Origin: Oopsacas minuta | Lineage: Eukaryota; Animalia; Porifera | DNA length: 64,000 nt | Assembly: GCA_024704765.1 (NCBI GenBank) | Contig: JAKMXF010000077.1 | Coordinates: 325,220-389,219, forward strand | Direction of reading: 5' to 3' | Part shown: piece by piece, positions 1 through 11,351 of the stretch | Layout: each line of letters starts with the position of its first letter | Numbering within the stretch: the first letter of the stretch is position 1 | The notes under the pieces: model-generated | Database searches by the model: none | Seen by the model: only the letters and a program-made list of their open reading frames with translations | What the model was told of the DNA's origin: nothing | Position numbers and translations under genes: made by a program

Positions 1-920
1 GTGACAAAAATATCCTTGAGGTATCCGCGTTCCTTGAAGAAGACCCTCATATCACGCTTGTGGAGATACCTGATGCGGTTGGGATCTCAACGGGAACTGC
101 TCAAGCTATTGTACATGATAATATGAAATTCAGAAAGATATGTGCTCGATGGGTACCGCACTTACTAACTCAGGCCCAGAAAGCAAAGAGGGTCCAATGC
201 ACTACTAAATTGCTCTCTGAGTTTGATCGAGCTGACTCCAGAAGGTTATTTGAGATAGTAACAGGTGATGAACTTGGGTACGTTATTCTGAGCCTCTATC
301 AAAAAAGCAAACAAAGTATGGGTGGCAAAAAGAACAGGACCCAACCAATGATCTCTCGACATGACTTTCGGAATCCGAAGGTTATGTACTGTATAATTTT
401 TGATTCTAATGGTCCAGTGTGCCAGATTTGTGTCCCCAAAACCAAACAATAACAGGCTCCTTCTACACCAATTAGTGCCTAGCAGAGGTTAAAAATTCTA
501 CCAAAAATCGACGGCCAAGGACTGGAACTCGTGGATTGCGAATATTGCATGATAACGACCGACCGCACAAGACAAAGCTAGTTAGAGAAAAGTTGGAAGC
601 TATGAAGATTGTGGAACTAGATCACCCTCCCTACTCGCCAGATCTAGCTCCCTGTGACTTTTGGTTGTTTCTAAAGTTAAAGAAACATCTATCAGGCAGG
701 AAATTCGAGAGTCGAACTCAGATAGAATCGGCGATTTCCAGTATATGAAAGGTGTACGAACCGAAGACTACAAAAAAGTATTTTTCGATTGGATAAAAGG
801 CTGAAATTGGTTTACCTGCACGAGGGGAATACTTTGAGAAACTCCATCACCGAATACACAATTATGCTAGAAAAGTTCAGAATTACAGTGTGATAAGGAC
901 TACTTATTGAACGCCCGTAG
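1..920 (+). mobile_element. Mariner (DD34D) element, 3' part, frameshifted transposase pseudogene
   Basis: Motifs WVPHLLT, IVTGDE and LHDN...HPPYSPDLAPCDFWLF (34 residues between D and D) across ORFs 60-452 and 536-748. The 3' TIR-like end acttattgaacgcccgtag (902-920) is followed by TA. Confidence 0.92.
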
Positions 921-922
921 TA

Positions 923-1349
923 ATTAGATCTAGCATTTCGTTAACATTTTTCTCAGTATGTGAAATATTCGGTCTTCCTGAACGAGGGGCATCTTCAAGG
1001 ACAAAGTTTCCGTGAATAAATTCCCTGTACCATCATTCAACTGTACTTAGAGAAGGAGCTAGATCCAGGAAATGTTCCTGTAAAGATTCATACATTTCCA
1101 CTCTTGTTTTCTGTAGTTTGAATAAGATCAAAATCATTGCTCGAAATCACGTTTTGTGAGATCTGATTTAGATTGAGATATTTTAGATGCCATGTATACT
1201 AAAATTATCTAATCTATGAAAGTAGAAAAGATAAATGAATGAAAGTTTCAAAGTAGACTAACAAAATATGTCTGAAAAGATAGATGCGGAAAAATATCCG
1301 ACAGATTAATGGTTTCATATCAAACGGAAAAACTTTTGAGTGCCCCTCG
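923..1349 (-). mobile_element. Mariner element, 5' fragment (TIR plus N-terminal HTH), truncated where the first mariner ends
   Basis: The reverse strand reads ta|cgaggggcactcaaaagttt (mariner-type TIR), then ATG at 1193 and MYESLQEHFLDLAPSLSTVE*WYREFIHGNFVLEDAPRSGRP. Confidence 0.85.
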
Positions 1350-1705
1350 TATTTACATAAACATATTTGCCAACCTGAGTGAAGAAAACAACGATCCATA
1401 ATTCGATTTAGCGGGATATCGCGGGACGAAACATAGTTAGATATGACTGGACTACAAAATGACACTAAAATCATTTCCAGTTCCATATCAAACTTGCAAT
1501 GACTGTCAAACGTGGGCTGCTCTACCTCCTCAGTTGTAACTGCAACGAGAACTTCAAATTACTACTCTTGAAGAACAATGGTATTATTGTGGAATTGATA
1601 CTATATGTAATATGTGCTACACTGTAATTAGATTTCAGCTCCTCCTTGTAATCGTGTGGTAAGTGTTTAAATTTGTCATGCCCGACCACTCAAGAAGGTC
1701 TAAAG

Positions 1706-2272
1706 AGTGTTTCTCAACGTCCAACATGGTATTCCTCCCTTAGCGACCTCCAGGGTCTTCCATTGCCTCCCTATCTTTGAATCATCATTATACCTTAATT
1801 TTTGTAATAGTATTAATATAATTTTCAGTCAGTCTACCAAACAAACAATTGTCGTCTAATAATTGAGTGATTATCATGCCAATATCGAAGATAAGAATCT
1901 ATTTTCGATTCGTATTATGGAACTTCAATGGGAACCTTGGGCATGATACTCAGAAATTAAATGAGAAAATAGAGCAAAAAAGCTTACAAATGTTGATGCG
2001 ACCTCATATTTTCGTCAAGATATTTATGTTTGGATGTGTTTAATCAATAATATTTGGTTAGATATCAAATATAAATATTAGTCGAAGTCTGAACTCGGTC
2101 AATTGAAGTTAAATGACTAGGTGAAACTATTTTGAGTGGTCAGTGACACATTAGACCTGATGAATAATCCTTAAACATATTCTTCCCTGACTCTTCCCCT
2201 GGCCAAAATTCCTTCCCATTGAGTTGAATTTCCACCCCAGGGGAGCGAAGTGGACCCCGTTGAGAATCACTA
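1706..2272. mobile_element. Non-autonomous hAT (Buster-type) MITE
   Basis: Termini agtgtttctcaacg and cgttgagaatcacta form an inverted repeat. Flanks gtctaaag and gcctaaag give a 7/8 8-bp TSD fitting the NNNTANNN Buster consensus. Confidence 0.65.
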
Positions 2273-3544
2273 GCCTAAAGTGTTATTGAATTGTTTACAG
2301 GGAATCTATCTGATATTCGAGGGGCATACAACCTTCAACATGATCAGAGACCAGAATTCTCAAGCAAGATAACTGTTTTTCTGAAGAAAATTTTATAGAT
2401 GTACTTCAAGATAATTAATTGTAAACATTAGGTAATGTAATACCATACACAATACAAAGTTATATATAACATGTTGCATTGTCAATTGTCAACAATTGCT
2501 TCAATATATACGCTGGTAGGAATAGTGCTTAGTGATGCCAATGTGGATAGATGTAGAAATTGGGGGAAAAATTGGATAATATTATATATTTATGCGAATA
2601 AATTAGGATTAACGTATTGTTGCAACTATTTTGGTATGGAAATTTTATTCATCATCGCATTTGGTGGAAATTTTTAAAATATTGTTGTTAAAGGATAAAT
2701 TACAATGAGCTAGAGGATTAAAAGAGGAATGTTAAGAATGTTACAAGAAGATAAATGTCAAGGAGAAACACAGCATATCACTCACAAAGTAATAGACTTA
2801 TTGAGTCCAATAAAAATATTGAAAACTTGAGTATTGATTCTAATAATAATCAAGATGCAATCAGGACGGGGATACGGATTGTATAGAGAAATTACACACA
2901 AGCAGTACTAGCCACAAATACTCATAGCAAAATCTACAAAAGCTACACAGCCTTTCACCTCAAAAAATGGGCGAGACTTTGATTAATCTAAACTTCTCAA
3001 TCTCATCACTTCTCCAGCTAACCGCAGATTCAACACATCAACCAAAGCGAAGCTCGCTACCTTTATATGATAATTCATATTTGCACGAAATCAACAATTC
3101 TTTTATGTAAGATTTGATCAAACTTCTTACATCACAAAAAAATGTCCTTTTGTTATTGCTTGCCTGTTGTTTTAAACTTTACTATCATGTTTTTTCTTTT
3201 AGACCTTCTAACCAGATTTGATCGTATCAATGGTAGTCATCCTATCAGCTTACTTATGAAGAAATATTTTCTATCTATTAGTTATCAATTATAAGAAATT
3301 GAAATGGACCTGATTTATTTGCATCCATTTGAATAATTTCATATTCTGATAATTCCGTATCTTAGATTTGAACTTGCTGGGTCGCTACACGACAGCTTTG
3401 TCCCCAGGTTAGCTTAAGTATTGTACAGCTAAATTGTTGATGCTTTGGGCCGCTCTTCAAGCGGATATAATCGGCACTAGGTGCCTGGGAGTGAGCCTCG
3501 GAGCTCAGCAATGAATGTACCAATTAGATATCCTGGATCTATAG

Positions 3545-4304
3545 CGAATGCTTTAATATATAAGATAAAATACCTGAAAGAACTATATTAGTCTGTTAGG
3601 TAACATTGTCTATATTTAATCCATGAAAATGTGTATAATTAGATATTTTATAGCCACACTTTGCTTATTAAAGAAATAATGAGGACATTACATATTAATT
3701 CCAAAACCACAAAACTCAAATGAGATGGAATAATTCTTTATAGCGTATATTGACTCTACTGGTAAGTATTACTCACCATGAATATTTTCGAAAGATTTAT
3801 AACAAATCTTAATAACTTATTAGCATTTTAATATTTGTGCTACAGGTGGCACAAGTGGCACATATCAAATATGATCTCGCAACTTGGTATATGAATAAAT
3901 TTTCGCAATAATCGACATAATTCTAACTATACAAATATTTGAAAGTCAGTTTAGATATCAAATAATTTTCATACTGTATTCCATTCTGGTATCATAGCTA
4001 TGTGCCACTTCAGCCACACGTGGTTCAAATATTCAAAAACCAATAAATCAATGAGATATGCGCGCCAAATTAGATACATACATAATGGAATAACAGAGAC
4101 TTGTAGAGCTCAAATATGCTATCAGAACTATTCCATCTCATTTAAGAATTGGATATGTAATTAGTTCATTATCTATTTAACGGGCAAAATGCAAATATAA
4201 AATACCAAATTATAAATTTTTCAGTAATTTAGTCAGAATAGTGTTAACAAACACAGTCATATAGTTCTTTCAGGTATATTATCTTCAGGATATGTAAAAA
4301 TTCG
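3545..4304. repeat. Imperfect palindromic (foldback) element, about 760 bp
   Basis: aatacctgaaagaactatat (near 3570) inverts to atatagttctttcaggtatatt (near 4260). aaatgagatggaata inverts to tattccatctcattt, and gtggcacaagtggcacata to tatgtgccacttcagccac. The centre is near 3930. Confidence 0.75.
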
Positions 4305-5339
4305 TGTCATTGTCAGAATATGTGCTATCTATTTGTGCATTTAGTTGTGTTGGAATACTTATGGTCAGTAGTGTATATACTATATAGATAAATTGTATTT
4401 TAATAGTATACATAGAAATACAGGGATCAGGAACTAATTTCCTGCTTCCTCACTCATATGAATTCTTAGATCCCAACACACGTACTGCTAGTTTGAAAAT
4501 TTGCATCATTACAAAATATACGTATTTGACACAATAAGTTTCCCTAAGAATATCATTCTTAGACTTCAGAACAGAATTGGGGAAGGAGATTAAGTCTTGT
4601 ACAAAATTAAATAACAAATCAACCCTGCAATTCCCAGGAACAAAAGATGTAAAGAAATATTCAGGACAATATACTATAGAGAAAATATACTATAGAGAAA
4701 ATAAACCATAAACACCTAGTTTCGTCTAACTAGAACGAAAATATGATTCCCGTAATCTTGTCACCATATTGACCTTCAAAGTACTGTTTCTCCGGCATTT
4801 CTTTGATTATATTATTGTGTTTCAGGTTCCAACGAAGAAGGCAAATCAAATGAACCAAAATTAGCTTGCAACTTCCCTTTTAGTGGTAGTATACTATTGA
4901 AACTATACAGTGCTAAACTAATTAACCAAGTTTAATGTTACGTAATATTAATTCCATTGTGTATCTATAACAACCCGATTACTAGTAATCTCACTTTCAA
5001 GAATTTAGAGCGTTTGAGGAAATAGTAAACCTTGATACCATGGAAGAAATGCGTGAAATACCACAACAACTAGCAGCCTATAAAAGCATCAACTTTGAGT
5101 AACATCGAGTAACAGCTCTTGTCACCCACATACTAACCCAACTACATAAGAGACTCGTAACTAAAGCTGGATCTCGAACATTGAAATAATTATATTCCTA
5201 CCATCCAACCAAAGAGATTTATTTTGAGATTAAGGGGAAACTCGCGATAACGGTTAGCAATTGGTACACCGAACCTCGTTCCGCCAATCCTACTGGAATA
5301 CCGGAAGAGAAAGAAGAGATGTTGACTATCAAATCGTTG

Positions 5340-7300
5340 TTCTATTAATAAGAGTAAATTTTTCCAAAATAGCAAGTTCAGGAGATTATTGCACGCCAGA
5401 ACCAGCTAAACAAATTAACAACAAATACTTTACTATCTTCAAATGACACCAATGTACTAAGAGACTTCTTCATAAATGATTAGAAAGATAGGAGGCGTTA
5501 TTACTAACATGCGATCATCTGTTCATCAAAGTCTTATTCCCATTAAATGCAAGTCTAGTAGGTCAACTACAGTTGTCTTCGAGAGGTTATCTGGTCATCT
5601 CAAGTCAATATATGTCTTGCTAACAATTGAAATCGATATTATACAAAATTCCAGGCCTTTTAGTGAGTAATATCGACAAACACTTGCATCAGTCGCAAAC
5701 ACTACAAATTGAAGGCTTTGACATATTGAGTAAAGACAGTCCAATTCAATCATATACACAAACGGGGCAATTTGAATATGACGGAATGAGAAAACTCACT
5801 GTCAAACTATGAGACTGTGACAATTTCACCGGATCAATCACTACTGTATTACACCTCTTAAATTCTTCTAGTTTCTGAAAAATTCTTAGCGATTCAGGAT
5901 GTAACGATATTACACCATTCGAAAGCGCTCAAAGGCAAAGTAAATCGAATCTTCTGTAGGGACCTTCGTACGGGATATTCATACAACATCAACTTCATTA
6001 TAGAGGGAGTCTAGGAAATGTGCACGCAACCTGCAACAGCAAATCCCTAGTGGCAAATATTATCACTCTAGAAAACTCAAGTGTATTGTAAGAAAGACAG
6101 CGCTATTGGTTAGTATACGCAGAGACAAATCACAGCACGGAATCAGATACAAGCAAGGAACTCGAAATTTATTAACCATAAGTTGATAAATTGATGCAAT
6201 CTAATTGATCGAAATGTGTTTCTAATCTTTCGATCAATAGCAATGCATTCAAAAATTACCCAATCCATATCTAATGGTAAACTGAAAAGTACTATATGTC
6301 AGATACTTTAGAAAGACTGAACATAGAAATTATTACTGCATCTAATCGCAAGAAAGTGAATCCAAAAGAATGGGAATTGCACTGTTCAGAGAAGTCGAAG
6401 TCACTTTCATCTTCAATCTTTCCAACGGTACACAGAAAATCACCAGCAAGCCTATCAGTATGGCCCCTGAATTGAAAAAGTCGATCGAACCTCTGCGTGT
6501 TAAGGGTCTTTTCGTAACATATGCTCAAGGTTGCTCAATATGATCGAGAGAGGATCATATTGATCAACTTTGAGCAATGTGTCTAACCACGTCACTGAAG
6601 TAGTATAATCAGAGAATATAGTATTGCAGCGTTTAGAAATGTTGAATGAATTCAAATCACCGGGTAGAACATAATTCTGCTATACTGCCTAAATATAATC
6701 AATTTTATCTCCCATCCATATATGAGCTGTATAATATGAATTTAATGTCGTATAAATTACCTACGGATTTGTAGTTAGCAATTATCGTACAATTATACAA
6801 GAAGGATTTAGGAAAACAAGCCAAGAACTACAGAAATATGGCTCAAATAATCAGTATTAATAAAATCACCGGAAGTATAATAGTGCCTAACTTTCCAACC
6901 ACAATTTTGAAAATAATAGAATTCATGATGGATATGGATTCATTACAAATAAATGATGCGTATTTAGTTTAATGAAGCGATCCAAGCCTGAACTATATCT
7001 ATAGACCTACGAATGCCAATTGATGCTTTTACATTGACAACGAAAAAGGAATTCGATAAGGCTCAAAATAAGATACTGCAATTTGAATCACTTGGGATAA
7101 GATGAGTAACTTTCTCCGGTTTGAGTTTTATCTTACATTTGCGAATAAAGACAACGTATAAATGCATTGGAAGTATTTTACTGATAGTGCCTTATCCCAA
7201 GTGGTGTTTCCAGGGACTATGTCTTGAGTCCATTATATTCCATACTGAGTTCATTGCCATTTTAGAACCAGCAGAGATATATTGCTAGGAATAGTTCTGA
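5340..7300 (+). pseudogene. Highly decayed CR1/L2-like LINE ORF2 (APE endonuclease plus RT)
   Basis: Scattered motifs in the expected order: RKIGGVITNMRSSV (APE GGGV), AKNYRN (NYRPIS-like), YID..KKEFDKAQNKIL (KAFD motif) and PSGVSRDYVLSPL (GVPQGSVLGP-like). Many stops and frameshifts. Confidence 0.5.
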
Positions 7301-7949
7301 TTCATAGAAGAAGAATTCTACGTTGAAAAACCTTGACCAGTGAAATCGATACCTTTACCCATCATCTAATTCTTAACATAGTTAATCTAAACTAAAGGAT
7401 CGTACCAGTAAATCCTGTTTTGCTGACGACATTAAACTTTCAGAATCCTACTCTTTCAAATTTATCTATCTTGTCTAATAGTGTAAATAATGTCTTATGT
7501 TAGTTTCAATGTAATTATATGCCAATAAATCAAGAAACTTTAGAATATACACATCGGTGAATCTAAACTGAAGATATATTACCCCCCTAGGTCCGGTCGA
7601 AATGCAAAACAATGTGTTCCTCATTTTCGATTGCATATACTTTCCAATTCTGACCATAGTATGCGTTTTGTCCCTCAGGAAACAGGTAAATTGAATAATT
7701 TAAAAGACTGCGATTACACCAGACATAATTTGAACTCTAGTAACTGCTCTAATACTTAATCTGTTAATCTTTGTTGTGTATAAATACTAAGAATTTCAGC
7801 TCTATGAATATAATGCTGTAGTATGATAAACGGAAATTATACCTCTCTTGTTTTATGTATATTTCCTGCATTTTTGGGCTATAGTTAACTCGATTTTGGC
7901 TGTTATATATTCTTAAATAGAATACTTAAATACATTTGGTAATAACACT

Positions 7950-8200
7950 GAGAGCCAAAAAGTGTATTCAGTTGACAAGATGTCACTGATCTTTTGCCAT
8001 TCTGTGACTTGTATCTTTAATGGTTTGATTGCGCACGTGGTTATTAATGTATATGAATATCAAAATAATTCCGCACAAAGGCTGACAATATTTTTGGATC
8101 ATACACCACCATATTTTCGTAAATTTAGAGGTTCAGATATCTACTCGTCCAATTCCCCCAATTTGGACCCTATGACAGGGCGATAATGACCCCAGGTATC
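7950..8200 (+). pseudogene. Possible maT/Tc1-like transposase relic
   Basis: EPKSV and DIYSSNSPNLDPM resemble the (Q)PKSVMVW and WPPxSPDLNPMD motifs of the other maT copies here. No TIR found. Confidence 0.35.
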
Positions 8201-9708
8201 AAGATTTTCAATTTTAGAAAAGCCTATTGGTTACATCCCTGTTCTACGAAAAATAGATCGAATACATAGATGGACTGCTCTATATATGTTTAGATAACAA
8301 TGAAATAATCATAAATTCTTCATTTCGACAATGCTAAGGATTAAACCAAGATAAATAACCGGATTAACTTGATTTAAAAATATTCGTCGAATATTCAAAA
8401 TATTTCAAACAATAACATAGAAATTCGTACACCTAAATGAAATTTGCATTTATGCCACAATTTCGGTGTAAATATATAGATATTAATAATTTGTTGTATT
8501 CTATCTTTGTTTCAACTAGCTGGGAAATCGAAATTTATACAACACAAATTATGAGTTACAGCTCTGACCATAGATTGCATTGCACTTGTTTGTCAATATT
8601 AACATATAAGTCGATAATCACTTTGGTTAAGCTGAAATCAAGACAGCAAAATTAAATACATACCCAACTTTCCACAGACTGATACTACATTTTGATATGA
8701 TATCCTTGAAGATGAATTCGCAAACTTGAAAATAGAATATATGGGTATATTCAGGATTACGTTACAATCGTATGAGGCATCATTTCAAAATGAATAATAA
8801 TTTGAAAATTTCATTCATTTATTTCGCATATTCTTAGGAATCCTCAATTCTTTTTATTTCTATGGCTTTGTTGATTATGCAATCATAAATTATTCTCAAT
8901 GCAATTATCATTATGCATGATATTAATTTTGTTGCAACTCAGTAATAGTTGAGAGAACCCCGAAACTTTACAAGGGCATTCTATGAATGTCATCAACTTC
9001 CTTGGGAGCTATATAGTGATTACAAACTGTTTTACCCATTTATACAATTATGTCTATGCATGCTACTGGCGTTGAACATCAATACTTCATTCACTATCCT
9101 TAATGTACGGATTACCTTGATGAAGTAATATTCAATCTTCGTGGAATAAATTCCTGACTTGAGTTTTAAGCATAGTTCTCAACGGGTACATTTAACTACA
9201 TATTTAATCATTGACTTATTCTCTGATGCCCTTGGCCCAGGATGATCGTCAATATAATTTTTTGGGCCATTTAGAAAATCACTACGGTGGTGTTCAAATC
9301 AATACAGCCAAAGCATATTTAATATCTAACTTCTCATACCGTTACCCAAAATGAGAGAATGTTAAAATACAGAAATTGCACTGATTAAAAATTATTTTTG
9401 AATTCAAATCAAAGGGCAAAACATTTACAGTGACCCTATATATAAGAATTTTGGATAATCTGCAAATTCAGTAATCCACCACAGATTAGATTACAAGATT
9501 AGCGCGGAATATTCAGGTTCTCTCGTCAATGACAGTAGCAATAGATATTGAGGAGATCCTGGACAGACAAACATACGTATATATCTAGACATATACACAT
9601 CGATTAATCGCTTTGTAATAGTACAGTATATATCGCCAATAAGAACAAGTGAAATTTTTTCATAAAACCGATATGATCTCTGAAAATATATATATATGGA
9701 TACGGATA

Positions 9709-11351
9709 AGGCCGGATCGAGAAAAATATAAATCGTCGGTTTAACTTCTACCTAAGGGAAAAGTTGCCTTTACCATTTTCTAGGAAAATGTGAGACCTAA
9801 ATTTGAAAATGTTTCGATTTGACCCTTGTGGTTTTATATTTTTGCTGTGTCACTTTCGCAAAATTGATTTTATATTGTCCGAATTTTCAAATTCCTTTGA
9901 CTTAGCCCCTTTATATATATTATTTAGTAATAGTGAGTCGCATATTTGCTATTGAATGGTGTATTAATCGAATTTCTATGTCCAAGGATGCTCAAGTTAT
10001 CAAGATTTTTTTGCATATTCTATCATACCCTAATATCATTACCCACCTCCCTTTATTCCGATGTTTTGAAAATTCTATATTCTTAGTAAAAATTGTTATA
10101 TAATCACCAAACTTAGCATATTTCTTTATCTAGATCCAAATTCATCAATAGGTTACCAAACAGAAATATTACCAACATTCCTTATCTCTTGTTCTTAACT
10201 TAGCTACAATTTATCAAGCATGGAATTTATGGTCAATTATAGTATCATATCAATGCTCGATCAACTCATTCATATTATTGAGTGATTATATTCCTAAAAT
10301 GTATTTATTTTGAAATGGCAGAAAACACGCGTAGTAAAGTATTTCATCCTGTTTTTGGCTATCCAGGACCCATTCCAGGAAATCAACCTCCAACAAAACT
10401 AGATCTATACAATCATTATAAAATGTTTAGAAATGAAGATTCTAAATCAACTAGAGACGATATAGCGAAAGAATTAACAGAAGTATTAGTGCGTATCTAT
10501 AATTTGGCTTCCATACCACTATATCAGAGCTCAAAATAAAACAGTACATCAATTCTGATCTCATTGAGAGAGCTAAATACTACAGAAAAAGGATCCAAAC
10601 CAAGCAACAACCTGACCGTATACAGCCTATTATTTCCGAATTCAATGTCTTGTTCGATGTCTCAAGTTGCAAATGCCTAATTCAGGAAGGTAAATGTTTT
10701 TGCTCTCTCGATAAAAAGATACCACGTCGTGAGTGGCCATTTCTCTTTGATCAGCGAAACGCTCGAAAATTATTTATATCCAGCTTGGATTGCATGACAA
10801 CCTCTAAAAATATTGTTAAACAAAAAAAAAGAGGCACAATATGAAATAGAAGAAAGTGAAATGATGAGATTAGATGCAGTTCAACCTTCGCAAGAATTTA
10901 TGGAATGTGACTTTGAAGAGTTTGACTCTTTTGACTCGAGTACATCTAAGTTTGGTGATTATATAACAAATTTTACTAAAAATATAGAATTTTCAAACCA
11001 TCGGAAAAAAGGGAGGTGGGTAATAATATTAGGGTATGATAGAATATGCAAAAAAATCTTGATAACTTGAGCATCCTTGGACATAGAAATTCGATTAATA
11101 CACCATTCAATAGCAAATATGCGACTCACTATTACTAAATAATATATATAAAGGGGCTAAGTCAAAGGAATTTGAAAATTCGGACAATATAAATCAATTT
11201 TGCGAAAGTGACACAGCAAAATATAAAACAGCAAGGATCAAATCGAAATGTTTCCAAATTTAGGTCTCGCATTTTCCTAGTAAATGGTAAAGGAACTTTT
11301 CCCTTAGGTAGAAGTTGAACCGACGATTTATATTTTTCTCGATCCAGCCTA
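9709..11351 (+). mobile_element. Long-TIR DNA transposon, internally deleted (hATm-like; MULE not excluded)
   Basis: TIRs of about 406-408 bp (9709-10116 and 10946-11351). The 9-bp direct repeat atacggata flanks both sides (9700-9708 and 11352-11360). The interior encodes only a transposase N-terminus. Confidence 0.85.
10315..10900 (+). pseudogene. N-terminal fragment of hATm-like transposase with Cys-rich motif
   Basis: MAENTRSKVFHPVFGYP...QPPT...ASIP, then after a frameshift LFDVSSCKC..CFC..KIPRREWPFLFDQRNARKL. I recall this N-terminal signature from hATm-type transposases. No catalytic core is present. Confidence 0.65.

Noticed and set aside
8900-9260. piggyBac- or Merlin-like peptide hints (SMIKY, NCIEN) on the minus strand
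   Set aside because: Too short and not colinear with other family motifs.
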